A stretch of DNA of 64,000 nucleotides from Bigelowiella natans CCMP2755. Its lineage: Eukaryota > Protista > Cercozoa. The notes beneath the pieces were generated by a model. That model made no database searches and was not told the origin of the DNA. It saw only the letters and a program-made list of their open reading frames with translations. Positions 40,675 to 52,399 of this stretch are shown here, one piece after another. The first letter of the stretch is position 1. Each line of letters opens with the position of its first letter. The stretch spans positions 1 to 64,000 of the forward strand of contig ADNK01001510.1 in the NCBI GenBank assembly GCA_000320545.1, read 5' to 3'. A program made the translations under genes and the position numbers.

Positions 40675-43031
40675 GGTGTTGACACAGCAGCGACCTTATG
40701 AAGGAATAAAGCAGATGTCCGTCCTAAGAAATGTAAGTCAAGACGTATATTGTACTACTATCTATGTACTACCACTAACGATTAGTGGTCATTCATCATC
40801 ACGATTATGCTCATCATAATTGGGAGGAGGGAGGAGGAGGAGGAAGTATGGACAACAAAATGTGACATCGGATAGGCAGAATGGTTGTCGTAGTCATTGT
40901 TTCATCTCTGAATGATTGTCGTTTGTTATTATCGTTTTGCATTGGTGGTTCTTCATCATCATCTTCTTCTTCTTCTTCTCATGCTTGTTATTGTCCTTAC
41001 TCTTATTCTAACTGTTAGGTCGTAAAGCTGAGTCTGCGCCCCCCTCTTACCCCAGACATCCCAAACCCACTCACGGAACTACTCAGAGGTCACTTATCAA
41101 TACTGCAAATAAAATACACATGAAATATAGATGATGATGACGATGATAATAATTTTCCACAACAATTTCTTTTATCCTCTACCACCACCAACAATTGAAA
41201 CAAAACGACGGCAAACATGTAGAAACATGGGCTGCGAACCCAGAGTCACGCCCTTCTGCACGTCAAGTTATAGAGCGTCTTCTGCAGGTAGGAAGGAGTA
41301 GATGTGAGAGAGTGAGGACATGAAGAAGGAAACATGTAGATTGATTCACGCAGTACATGAGAAGGAGGGGGAAGGGCAGGACGGAAAGAGGAGAAAAACC
41401 ATGACAACAGTAGTAATCATTTATATTTGATGAAGAGAGAGAGGGGGGGGGTGGGAGAAAGTCGGAGAGGGAGGAGGGGCAAAATAGTGGACAACTACTG
41501 CATAGATAAATATAAGTACGTTGAGTAGTGATAAAACAGTGAAAGAAACTCGACTTAGAAAATAATGTGCAGTACATTAGCTTCCTGTTGTTTGTAGAGT
41601 TATGTGGTGGATACAGTGTTAGTACTTGGTTTACTTTCTACCTCTCTCCTCCTCCTCCTCCTCCTCCTTCCGCCTTCACTCATTCCCATATTCATCACTC
41701 CCAGTTCAGCAAATTAGTCAAGGAAGAAAATAATTCTTCGGCTACAAAAATGTCAGCATCGTCGTCGTCAGCATCGTCTTTATCGGAAATGAAGCGCAAG
41801 CAAGCTTCTTCTCCTCTAGAGCCGTTGCAAGAATTCACTACCCATGATTACAATCCCAGCAGCTATAAAAATGATAACAGTAATGGTAGCAATAAAAGCA
41901 GTTGTCAAGATAAAGGCTCCATCCATAGACGCCGCAGCAATGAGGATGATGGTGATGATAAGAAAACGACTGGGAAAGAAGGTGTGTGGTAGTTATCCAT
42001 CATATGAATAGATGATGATGAAAAGATAGGTCAATGCTACATCACATATTATACCGAACACGATCATCACGATGATGAGATCAAATATTCAATTGTTTTG
42101 CTGTTTTTGCACCCACTGCCCGTTGTTGACTTGATTGCTCAAACTTAGTGATTGGTACTGTTATTACTGCTACTGCTACTACATGTCACCATCGCGTTGT
42201 CCATGTTATCTTCGACTCTTGTAGTCCGTACAAAGTTACTTACTTAAACCCAATACTGCACATTCTTAGATGGTGTATCATCAGCAGCACCGCTGATGAA
42301 TAGCTCTAAAGGCAGTAAGAAACGATGGTTGCTACAAAATCTTTTAACGAAGGTAGTAGTAGTAGTAGTAGTAGTAGTAGTATATTATATATATAATCGT
42401 AGTAATGTACGGTGTTGGTTCTTCTCTTTCTCATTTAAAATATGATCACAGAAGACTAGTATTTGCTGCTGGTATTAGCCAATAGCGTTGTGTAGCATTT
42501 GCGCTTTTGTTAATAAAAGCATCATCATCATCGTCATCATCCATGTTCTTTCTCATATAAATCATGTGCGACGAGATACTGCTGCTGCTTTGATATGATT
42601 CTGGATTTTTATAGTATTGGATCATTGACTGTCTCCTCCTCCTCCTCCTCCTCCTCCTCCTCCTCCTTCTCCTCCTCCTCTTTTATTCTCATATGTTATT
42701 ATTACCAAGGAATTGAAGGAAGTAGAGAGGCAGCTGAACGACCTTGCTGTGAGAAAGTTAACGATTTCTGAACAGCTACAGCTGCAATGTAACCAGCAAT
42801 TGCATGCCCAGCCTCTTACTCGTTCTATGTCGATTGGTGGATATGGCTCTCTCAGATCAAGTATGATCCTACTGATGATGGTGGTGGTGGTGGTGATGTT
42901 TATACTTAATGATGAGCAACACACAACCAAGTCACATTAAAGAAGAAAACGGCATTTTCCTTCTTTGGAACCGCCGGCACAAACGACGATTCCACGCACT
43001 AACAAGATAATACACACACACACACACACAC

Positions 43032-43075
<44 letters not shown>

Positions 43076-43631
43076 TGCTTTATATTTCCCTTGTCTGAAT
43101 GTTTGTTCTTCCGTACTGTTACTGCTTGACGCGTGCTTGCTCATCCCTTTGGGTATCGTCGTCGTCGTTGTTCTCACAGAGTCGAACCAGAACTCTCCTG
43201 AGCGCCGATCTGGCCATCTTTCTCAGCAGTCAAACACCGTACTTTTCAAAACGGCCTCCTCCTCTTCTTCGCAGCAGCACAAGAATAATTCGGGGGGGGG
43301 CAGCAACTACTACTCCAGCATGCACGCGCCTCGGCGCTCTCGGGTCTTCTCTTCGTCAAATCGTAGATTTTATAGCTCAGATAGTCCAATACGTGGCGGG
43401 AGGGCTGCTAGCAATCATCAAAGAGTAGGCGGGGGGGGGGGGGCAATTCCGCCGTATCACCATTATTACTTAATGGAAAGTAGTTCATCTTCTGACTTGA
43501 AGCAATCTCGACTGGAGACTCCACCTCCCCGTAATCGCACAGTAGTCAACAACGATGACAACGCCAGAACTACTACTACTACTACAACTACTATCGACGA
43601 TGGGCAGCAGGTAGTATGCAACCACAAGTGA
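34941..43631 (+). CDS. Seven-transmembrane (GPCR-like) domain fused to a TKL-family protein kinase, with a Ser-rich tail
   Basis: About seven hydrophobic segments across exons 35145-38008 (e.g. [27 protein letters not shown]|[18 protein letters not shown]; [18 protein letters not shown]). Then LIDFAFLR and kinase motifs [60 protein letters not shown] and NPESRPS. Confidence 0.88.
35101..35136. repeat. 18-bp perfect tandem duplication ACTTACAACAATATTTCC x2 (intronic)
   Basis: Read directly; lies just upstream of the acceptor AG at 35143-35144. Confidence 0.9.
35265..35405. repeat. Compound (AAAG)n/(AG)n microsatellite, representative of very many intronic SSRs ((CA)n, (AT)n, (GAT)n, (AGT)n, (CCT)n, poly-G)
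   Basis: Read directly. Such tracts account for most of the poly-amino-acid ORFs in the track. Confidence 0.95.
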
Positions 43632-44099
43632 AAAGGTGTCAATTGAATGTTACAATGCTACTCTACTCTCAATTAGACAATCGAGAGTATAATATGATAT
43701 GTGCTAGATATGAAAGGAAACGATTATGCCTGTCCTTTCACGATGCCATTTTGTCTCAACAGTTTTGTGACAAAATGTGTAGGTAAATTCACGTGATTCT
43801 TCTGTTCTATCGACTACAAGTAGTCGGAGGTCCTATCAGCAGATTGTTCATCAACCGATGCATAGATGACAACGATTGCAATATGGAGATCGATAACTGC
43901 TTTTTCACGTAATGTATTAAGTGTTTGAAATGGCAGCTGCGTCGTCGTTGCTGCCGCGTGTACCAATGAATGAATTGTAATTATGAAATCCATCATTTTT
44001 CTTAACACAATTAAAAGTTTGTAGTTCGTAAACAAAGTACCAGCTGCAATCACTTTGTATATTCATCAGAATAAATATGCATTTAAACACAATGCTCGT

Positions 44100-44560
44100 A
44101 TAAAATATGAATTTACATGTATTGCACGTGTGCAGGGATGCGCTCGTGCATTGTCAATGAGCTCAAGTGTATGTGTTGTGCCGATAGGTTAATCTTATTG
44201 CCATATAACATGTTGCAGTACGTACGTCGCTAGCTAGGTCGATGGGGTGCCATGTACGCTAGCACGCAGTGACAGTCGTCTTATTGCAACGTAACACATG
44301 CATTGCATGCAGCAATTAAGTAATTGCATCCGTTATGTGACGATTGTGTATATGTATCTAGACATTGCCAAGAGCAGATGACTATGGGGTGTTAAGCATC
44401 AGCACGATGACCGTTGTTTCTTGTCGCGCGGCTCTCAAGCGCGTGCGGTATGTCAATATATGCTATATGTGCATATTACATGATTATCATGCAATACTCA
44501 TACCAATGGTGCTGGGATGTATCCGAGCAGCACCATCCAATCTAGCAATGGAGATTAGTG
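44100..44560. other. RY-alternating, palindrome-rich convergent intergenic segment 5
   Basis: GTACGTACGT, GCTAGCTAG, ATGCATTGCATGC, GCAATTA-ag-TAATTGC, TCTAGAC; between stops 43631 (+) and 44610 (-). Confidence 0.65.
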
Positions 44561-44609
44561 AGTTTCTAAAAATAGCTTTAGATGACGGAATAAAGAATGA
44601 ATTTTCACA

Positions 44610-45842
44610 TTAAACATATCCTGGCATCAAATAACCGCCTCGTTCAGCCGCAACGGAGCCATGAAGTGCAGACATACGATGGTGACCGAGATTCGATAGG
44701 GTTCTAAACATCTCAAAGACCATGGGTAACGTGTTGGATGCCAAGAGGACGGCAGTGTAAGCACATGCGATGTAGATCACAGTCGGAGGCACAATTGGCT
44801 TGTCCTTTTCCAAACTAACTCTTCCTGAGAAAGAGCTTCCTATATTTTTCTGGGGGCCTATGACGTAGCCAATTATCCCCCCCGCTATAAGACCTCCCAT
44901 GTGTGCGTAGTTGTCAATCCTGGAATGAGGTTGTAGACCGTAAAGAACATTAAGACCTATTGTGAAGAGGAGGGAATTCACACTTATGCCTACCGGAGCA
45001 ACCGTGATTTTGTTCTCAGATCGGTAAATATGTGCAAGCAATCCACCGAGGATACCGAAAATGGCTCCTGACGCACCAAGGCTTCGCCCATAGTAATCAC
45101 CGTACCACAACCCAACCAAGTTTCCAGCGAAACCGGAGAGGAAATAAAGAGTGAAGAACCGAACACGCCCGAAGAGTTCTTCGAGTGTCGGTCCATAGTT
45201 CCTCAGAGTGAGAGTGTTGATTAGCAAGTGCATGATTCCTCCATGGAGAAATATAGATGTCCATAGACGATGGGTCTGCCCGTGAGCCACCAGATCGTTT
45301 GCTCTAATTCCGATTGCAGTGAACCGTGGTGAGAGCTGCTGGAACACGAAGAAGACGATATTGGCAATGAGGATGAAATATGTAACTTTCTGAGCGCTTG
45401 GTAGGCTGAAGAGAGACAGAATTGAACGGAGTGAGAACTGTGATCGGGGCCTGAACTGTCCGTAGTTTGGCCTTCTTCGTCCATCTCTACGATTTCTACG
45501 CCCCGCGAAAACACTAAATCGCCCTACTCCTGCGTTATTACTGTCTATATCATCAGAGGTATCACGAGATGTTGCTACATCCCTTCCCATTGGCAGGAGG
45601 GAGAGACTCTTGGTAGGATTTCGCGAAAAGGAAGACGACGTGCCAGTGCGGTGCACCAATGGAAACCCTACTACTACTACCCTGGATGCTGCTTTTGGAG
45701 ATATGACGGCTACCTCTCGTGCTCTATTTGAGGATGATCTGTACACACTGGCTTGTCGAAATGGCCTCGTTACTGTGGAAAACGATGTGACGAGGGGGAT
45801 GCAAAGAAGGACCACATGGTGGAGCCCGGCTGGGGGCGCCAT
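44610..45842 (-). CDS. Rhomboid family intramembrane serine protease, intronless, with a bipartite-like leader (probably plastid-targeted)
   Basis: HRLWTSIFLHGGIMHLLIN, SLGASGAIFG (catalytic Ser) and IDNYAHMGGLIAG (catalytic His). Leader MAPPAGLHHVVLLCIPLVTS followed by an S/R-rich stretch. Confidence 0.93.
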   Translation of the reverse strand: MAPPAGLHHVVLLCIPLVTSFSTVTRPFRQASVYRSSSNRAREVAVISPKAASRVVVVGFPLVHRTGTSSSFSRNPTKSLSLLPMGRDVATSRDTSDDIDSNNAGVGRFSVFAGRRNRRDGRRRPNYGQFRPRSQFSLRSILSLFSLPSAQKVTYFILIANIVFFVFQQLSPRFTAIGIRANDLVAHGQTHRLWTSIFLHGGIMHLLINTLTLRNYGPTLEELFGRVRFFTLYFLSGFAGNLVGLWYGDYYGRSLGASGAIFGILGGLLAHIYRSENKITVAPVGISVNSLLFTIGLNVLYGLQPHSRIDNYAHMGGLIAGGIIGYVIGPQKNIGSSFSGRVSLEKDKPIVPPTVIYIACAYTAVLLASNTLPMVFEMFRTLSNLGHHRMSALHGSVAAERGGYLMPGYV

Positions 45843-46181
45843 TCTTGGAGGAAACACTTGTTGTTTGGCACTTTATGATGCCAAAATGGCCTGCGTTTAG
45901 GCTAAAAAAAGATGGGGAACTTGTTCTCGTACATCTGTTGTTGTTGTTGTTGTTGTTGTTGTTGTCTCATCATTCATCGCCATGAACATTAGTCAGAAAT
46001 ATATCCTAGTCTTTCCTAAGACAGATGATACCGATGAGCGACTAAATAACTCACTTGTTACTAGCCACTAACTTAACATCACCAATTAGTCAAAAATATA
46101 TACCAGAACTTTCTTAGTATAGATGATAGTCGATGAGCTACTGAACTGATTACTATTCAAACCAATCAACGCCACCACCAA

Positions 46182-46795
46182 ATGAGCTCCAAGGTAGGAA
46201 GTGGAGGTACGACCAAGAGGAGGTGGTTCCAGAAACGCATCGAGGTCAAGTGTCCGAAGGCATCAGGGAGAAATGGAACTCATTGCTACTTGGCTACAAC
46301 CGCCATCCTCCGTCAAATACCGGAGATACGGTAGAGAACTAAAAAACGTCACGTTTGCAATCATTTGTCCAATGTGCTCGAAGTGATCTCCTTCATTTCA
46401 GCTTTTCACATCTCTACACGTTGCTCCTTCTGTTTCAGCCTCCTTCAACGAATACAAATTTAGTACGTCTCATATTATTCTGTTGTAAAGGTCAATAAAG
46501 TCCGGTGCAATTAACTTTTTCCTAAACTCTCCGGGTGGCAGGTAAATCGCATGCATAGACAAAACAAATCTCCATGTATGCGAAGGCACATATTCTGCTT
46601 GTTTCTCGACAATGATATACTCTTCTCCCTTTCCATATCTCTCATCCAGCCTCTCAGTCAATGAAAACGCCGATCCCACAGTGCGCACTGATATGGATGG
46701 TGCTATGGAGAGAATGTGTGAAGCTGGCGTTGGCCAAAACGGAATGAAAGATAGAAACCTCCAAAGTCGTAAAAGAGCGTGGAAGAATATATACA

Positions 46796-46831
<36 letters not shown>

Positions 46832-49415
46832 TCTTCTTTTTGTTTCTTAATCCGAGAGTGGCTCAGCCTCATCTTCACCCAATCCTAGGAGCATTTAAAT
46901 CGTCTCTATTTGGCCAATCGCTCACACTTCCGGTTGCGGACGGAAACATTCTCTTTGGTGCTTACGGATAGACTAGTTTACATTTAAATTCATAACCTCT
47001 ATAATTTATGTATCTATACAAATTTGTATTCCTACCTGCGCACTACACATACACAGAGCACGAGGGTTTATCACCATTAACACATACAAATTGATGAAGC
47101 CATCACAGCTCCTCCTCTGTCTGCCATCATCATACTGATTGATTACTAGGAACTTGGCAGGGAATATACCTTTGTAGCTGGGACGATGATAGAGACGATG
47201 ATGGTGATAATGGCGGGTGCCCCGTCAGGAAGATCACTGTGACAATCTACCATGAACCTTCTGCTCAGGTCAATAATATGATAAAAAGACAGAACAAATA
47301 GCAGTAGTGCAATAGAAGAAACAACAAGATTTGCGCGTTTGTCCGTAGGTTCGCAATGTTACAGTTAAGCCACCGGAGAGAGGAGTGCACTCCATCACTG
47401 CGGAGATAGCGAAGGTGCGGTAGAAGAAAAAGAGGAGGAGGAAACGCTGTGTTTCACGGACTGAGCATAGTATTGATATGTTGTTCCCACTGATTTATTA
47501 TAACCGGCTTTTATCTTGTTGCTGTTAGAACTACTTGTGGTGTTTGTAGTAGTAGCGGCAGCAATAGGATCTATGTATTCGGATGATGTTCTTTAGAGAT
47601 GTACGTGCACATGAATGCATGTGTATTGTTGTAAGGGGTTTCATCTGGAAACAAAAAACGGTGGAGCAAAGTCAGGGAAAAAACAGAAAATGGGGCAAGG
47701 TTCGTTCGTCTTTAGTACCGCTACTATCCCAAGTAAAAATAAAATGTATAATCTACACATTGATCGGTCTTCCTCTTCATCGAGTCATTCCCATTCTTCC
47801 TCTCTTATTGCTCCTCCTCTTCTGCCCATGCTTCTTCATGCCTCTATTATAATTTCTATCACTTGTTCTTGCATCATGAATGATAGGCGTTCTCTATGCA
47901 ATGGTCAAACACACTTCGGCATCCATGGGCCTTACGTGCGTGAAGCCCCAAGATATGAAGACACTGGACAAAGCATTTGATAACGTTGTACCCGAGAAAT
48001 GGAACGATGAGTTCTTCATCCATACATACGAAGGCCCAGGTTGATATTGTTGTTGATGTTGATGACGACGATGACGACGAAGATACCCATGGCTCCTGTT
48101 ACAATTGGCCTTTACTACTACTACTACAACTACTACTACTACTACTATTGTAGACGATATGCCTGGCCACGTAAAGTCTTCATTATTTGGTGTGGCGACA
48201 TCTCTGCCCATAAACGGGGGGGAAATCGATCTACCGGAAAATGTAGGCCTTGTGCTCGGGGGTAGGATTATGTAAAAAAATATGATGATGATGACGATGA
48301 AGGAGGATGTGTTTCAAGTAGAGATGCGGAAGACCACTCATTTTTCTCTAATCTGCTCATCTTGTGCAAGCAATGTTATTATTAACATTTATTACGTTGT
48401 TCCTAGAGCATCGTGACGTAGGATGGGGGCACACTAGAAGGGTCGATGAAGAACATATTCTCTTTACAGAATAAGCATTACAATCAATAATATACTTGGT
48501 GACACCTCTCAACACATATCACAAAGAGCGTGTGCGGTCGTTTGTTCCATTCATTTCCGGTCAAATATAGCTATAGCTACAATTTGTCTCTTTTTCAGGT
48601 CGTAGGTGTGAAAATCACAGACGGAGTCATCGCATCGAAGGAAGTCCAAATAAGCGGGGACGACGACATTAAAGGGGACATCTCCCCACTCATTGTAAAG
48701 GCGGTTACTGGTCAATACTTTTTACGATTCGTCTTCGTTTTGGCATACGCTTTCCATTTCTGATGAGCCTACGCACGTGCAACAAACACGCACATACTAT
48801 AACACGCGCGTGCCCACGTATCTCCAACACACTTGAATAGCTCCACATTATGACTGACTTGTGCATACTTTAGTATTTAGTATTATTTATTGTTAATATC
48901 TTAGTCTTCTACTTGGTTTGTCAGAGATATCATCGGTTGAAGCTGGATGGTGCACACTAATTGCAAAAGGAGACGTCACATCAGCCCTGACAACGGTAAA
49001 GTACCAGCACAAACCTGTCTTAAATTAGAGAGATATAGAATCCACATCTACATGTATCTAACAAAATGCGGTTGGGAGGGCTACAATATATCATAAAAGC
49101 AGTTCTCTTTGTACTACCTTTCGTCGTCTTGATTAGTTTCCGAAAGGCAGCAAAGACGATGATGACGATAAGGAGATCGATATGGCCAAGCACTTTAGGA
49201 ATCTAACCTCTAGTGATACCGGGTTGGCATTTGCTGGAAAATCTTTAACAATACCCATAATAGATGGGGATCTGGATACCAGAGAACAGGCTATTATGTA
49301 TCTGTGCAACTCAGATAATCTCTCATCGAATACAAATCAGAACAATAAAGGCGGGGTAAAGACAGTTCACGTCCTCGTTCTTGGCGGGGAAAAAGTTAAA
49401 AATGAGCACAAGTGA
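46182..49415 (+). CDS. Triple-repeat YjbQ/UPF0047 family protein
   Basis: Repeat 1: WFQKRIEV..LSVNENADPTVRTDM..KSSLFGQSLTLPV..GTWQGIYL. Repeat 2: RGVHSIT..KHTSAS..HTYEGPDDMPGHVKSSLFG..EHR. Repeat 3: DISPLIVKAV..GWCTLI..GKSLTIPIIDGDL. The GT-AG junctions I checked keep the frame. Confidence 0.88.
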
Positions 49416-49419
49416 TGAC

Positions 49420-50060
49420 ATCATCAGCTGTGCATAATGTATGTTAGTGTAGTGATTAGTTCTGGTAGCAGTGGTTGGTAATGGCAGACAATATATCACA
49501 TATATGGAATGTAACTCGCAATATACAATGCGAAAGTACTCACGTGCATGCAAACAATATGGACATATTTCTGTATGTCATATGCAAGAAATCTTGCGCA
49601 AGGTGTCTAGATATGTGCCGATAGTAGACGTACTCTATTACTGCTAGACTGACGGTCTTTGTTATAGGGATACATTGCATGATGCGATGGTACTCCCGCT
49701 TACGACTTAGTGAAACAGCAATTGCGTTAGCACAACTATAATCTAGATAATAAATGCATCGATAGTCAATATGTTACATAGTCATCACACACAGGTGACA
49801 CCTCTAGACATTTGATCGACCGCGAATTGCATAAATGCATCTTCGTCTAGTACATGTAAGCTGCCGTAGCGCAATCCTAATGAGGTGAGCGCTACATTCT
49901 CACCTGATTGCAGCATACATACCTACGTAGTATTTCATATTGTAGCTACATCAGGATATGACCATTGAAAAGATTATATCACTTATTCATTACATCCGTC
50001 TCATATTGTCATTGCAATCTTATTGATTGGTTTCACTTGCATTATAAAGACAACGTTGCA
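49420..50060. other. RY-alternating, palindrome-rich convergent intergenic segment 6
   Basis: CACGTGCATGCA, CTTGCGCAAG, several TCTAGA, CTACGTAG, ACGTTGCAACGT; between stops 49415 (+) and 50071 (-). Confidence 0.65.
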
Positions 50061-50070
50061 ACGTAGTGGT

Positions 50071-50989
50071 TTATGCCCAGTGCTGTGTTATACATGTAGA
50101 ATGTGTCATCTGGCTCCATGAGTGTGCTCGATCTTCATACACAGATACAGTTGGCTTTGGAAAATCTTTGTCGGCAAATGCTCCTAAAGTTACTATTAAC
50201 ATATCGTCCATCCCATCGAATCGATAGTAAACCGTTGATCCGCAACTGTGTCATAGGGAGGAAAGAAGTCAAGTCGAAGGGTGTTTTATTTCTCAGTCAT
50301 AAGAGCATTCAGGAGTTTCTAAAGTTTCATTTACAACAGAACAAAATTTTTTTTGAAATTATTATGATTGTGATGGCCTTAATATACAATATCTGGCAGA
50401 GTCTCTACTTAAAGTAAATACTGACTTTGGACAGAAGTGGAAATGAATCTTGCCCGCGTTTTCATCGCCTTTTCGTGTATAGACAGTACTGGATACTTTT
50501 CCCTCAATTTTTACTTTGCTGCAACTATATCGTGCTTGGGCTCCGAATGCGCTTCCAGTGCGTCTTTGGCATTCGTAACAATGACAGACTGAAACCCTTT
50601 ATATTTTGAAAGAAGAGCTAAACTAAGGCAGCATGTTTTTGAATATCGATAGAATGCAAGGCAACTATGGTCGCATCAGGCGTGTTGAACCAAGAGAAAT
50701 GCTGTCATTGATCTGTATGGAAATCGATGGAGTGATCATGCAAAACTCCACCTAATAGGATTTCCCAGGCAAGTTAGCTTAATATTTCCACAGCAACACT
50801 GCGCCATTCTAATAATATCCTTCTTGCTTGCGCCACTCTGCCCTGAAAGAGGAGCAAAAACGATATATATGCCGTAAGCGAACGCAAGGCCTCTTATCCC
50901 TGAGCCTTACCATTAGAAGCTCCAGGCTTGGAACATTCTTCTCCCTTGATTTCCAGTTTAGTAGCACCCGTGGATGGAGGTGCAGACAT
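50071..50989 (-). CDS. GFA/CENP-V family zinc-binding protein (glutathione-dependent formaldehyde-activating enzyme-like); absent from the ORF track
   Basis: Four exons give MSAPPSTG...AQCCCGNIKLTCLGNPIR|VSVCHCYECQRRTGSAFGAQARY...FHFCPN|CGSTVYY...LGAFADKDFPKPTVSVYEDRAHSW...*, with the CxC, CHCxxC and FCxxCG Zn ligands. Confidence 0.92.
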
Positions 50990-51737
50990 TACCTTGCCGT
51001 CAATACAATAAATATGTGTTTTATGTGCCTCGTGCGGGTATTATTGTCGGTTAGTCTGCACTACGATATCTCCTACCCCCCTTTCGCTCCTTCTCTCTTC
51101 TTTAATTAAATGGAAGCATGTAAGAGAAGGAGGGAGAGAGAGAGAGAGGACATCCAAACACTACTCCGAACGGATCATCACACTTTAGAGCACGGTTTGT
51201 ATGGATTTCAACGTGCGACAACACAATATTCCTAAACAAGTGAAGAAAGCCCTTGAAACCTAGTAAATATCGTTTAATGCATAAAAGTATGTAAATTGCA
51301 TTCAAGCGACACGACCAACGTGGCTTCGCAACGATTAAAGGGAAAGAGGTGGATATCTGGACGAACGTTGCAAATTCAGAGACATTTCACGGAATTCCAA
51401 CTCAAATCTACATAAAATCCCCTCCATTTGCAACATATATTGAAGAATTAATAATTCAATCGCGTAAGCCTGTTGTTTTCAGTGGCACAGGGGGGTGGTG
51501 ATGGAGGGAGAGGGGGATTAAAAATATTTGTGCGAACGAGTTAGTGAGCAATATTTGTTATTTAACGTTATTCAAATAAATGGAAATTGGGTGAAAAGTA
51601 ACTTTTATGTATTGTTACGTTTACTCAGTTATTCTTATCATTGTCAGCCTTCACAGCCACAAACATATGTTATCAGTATGTTTGTCAAACACTGATCTTC
51701 GATTGATTCTTGCACTTATTTCTCTTAGGTATTAGCC

Positions 51738-51983
51738 ATGGTTGTATCCGCATTCGTAAGAGCAGTCGTTGGGTCCTTTAGTGGTCTCCCTCATGGGGCA
51801 AAGATCCCTGCTATGGTTACTGTTGGCTGCATTGGGTCCACAGTCATCTACGAAACTTTCGTCATTCCAAGTAACATAGCTTGATGATATTTAGTGATAA
51901 TCATTAATATTGAAATAAACAATAAATACCGGAAAATAATGAGACATTTTGGTATCATCTCCATTCTAATTTCACTGGGATGT

Positions 51984-52058
<75 letters not shown>

Positions 52059-52110
52059 AAGAGAGAGAGAGAGAGGAGAGAGAGAGAGGAGGGAGAGAAT
52101 GTATCCAGAT

Positions 52111-52146
<36 letters not shown>

Positions 52147-52336
52147 CACTTTACTAAAAGATAACTTACACGCAAATCTATCATGGCATGAAGTAAAAAG
52201 CAGAAGTTTTGTTTGAGTTAAGTTTGTTTTTGTTGCTTGATTCGTAGAAAACACCCCGAAAACCATGAATGATGCTTGGAAAGCTAAGAATAAAGAATAC
52301 GGAGCTCATCAAAAGATGAACCCTATTAAGGGATAA
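51738..52336 (+). CDS. COX4: Cytochrome c oxidase subunit IV-like (COX4/yeast Cox5 family) minimal 73-aa protein; absent from the ORF track
   Basis: Exons 51738-51870 and 52248-52336 give MVVSAFVRAVVGSFSGLPHGAKIPAMVTVGCIGSTVIYETFVIPKNTPKTMNDAWKAKNKEYGAHQKMNPIKG*. One TM helix is followed by the COX4 signature PKTMNxxW...EY...Q..NPI.G. Confidence 0.8.
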
Positions 52337-52399
52337 GATTGCTGTTCCTGAAAGCATACTTCGAATTATGGCCCAATCCTATACCAAGATTATCTGACA

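Noticed and set aside
660-43631. SH2 protein, RhoGAP and 7TM-kinase as a functional signalling cluster
   Set aside because: They are interspersed with unrelated metabolic genes; proximity alone does not support linkage in a eukaryote.
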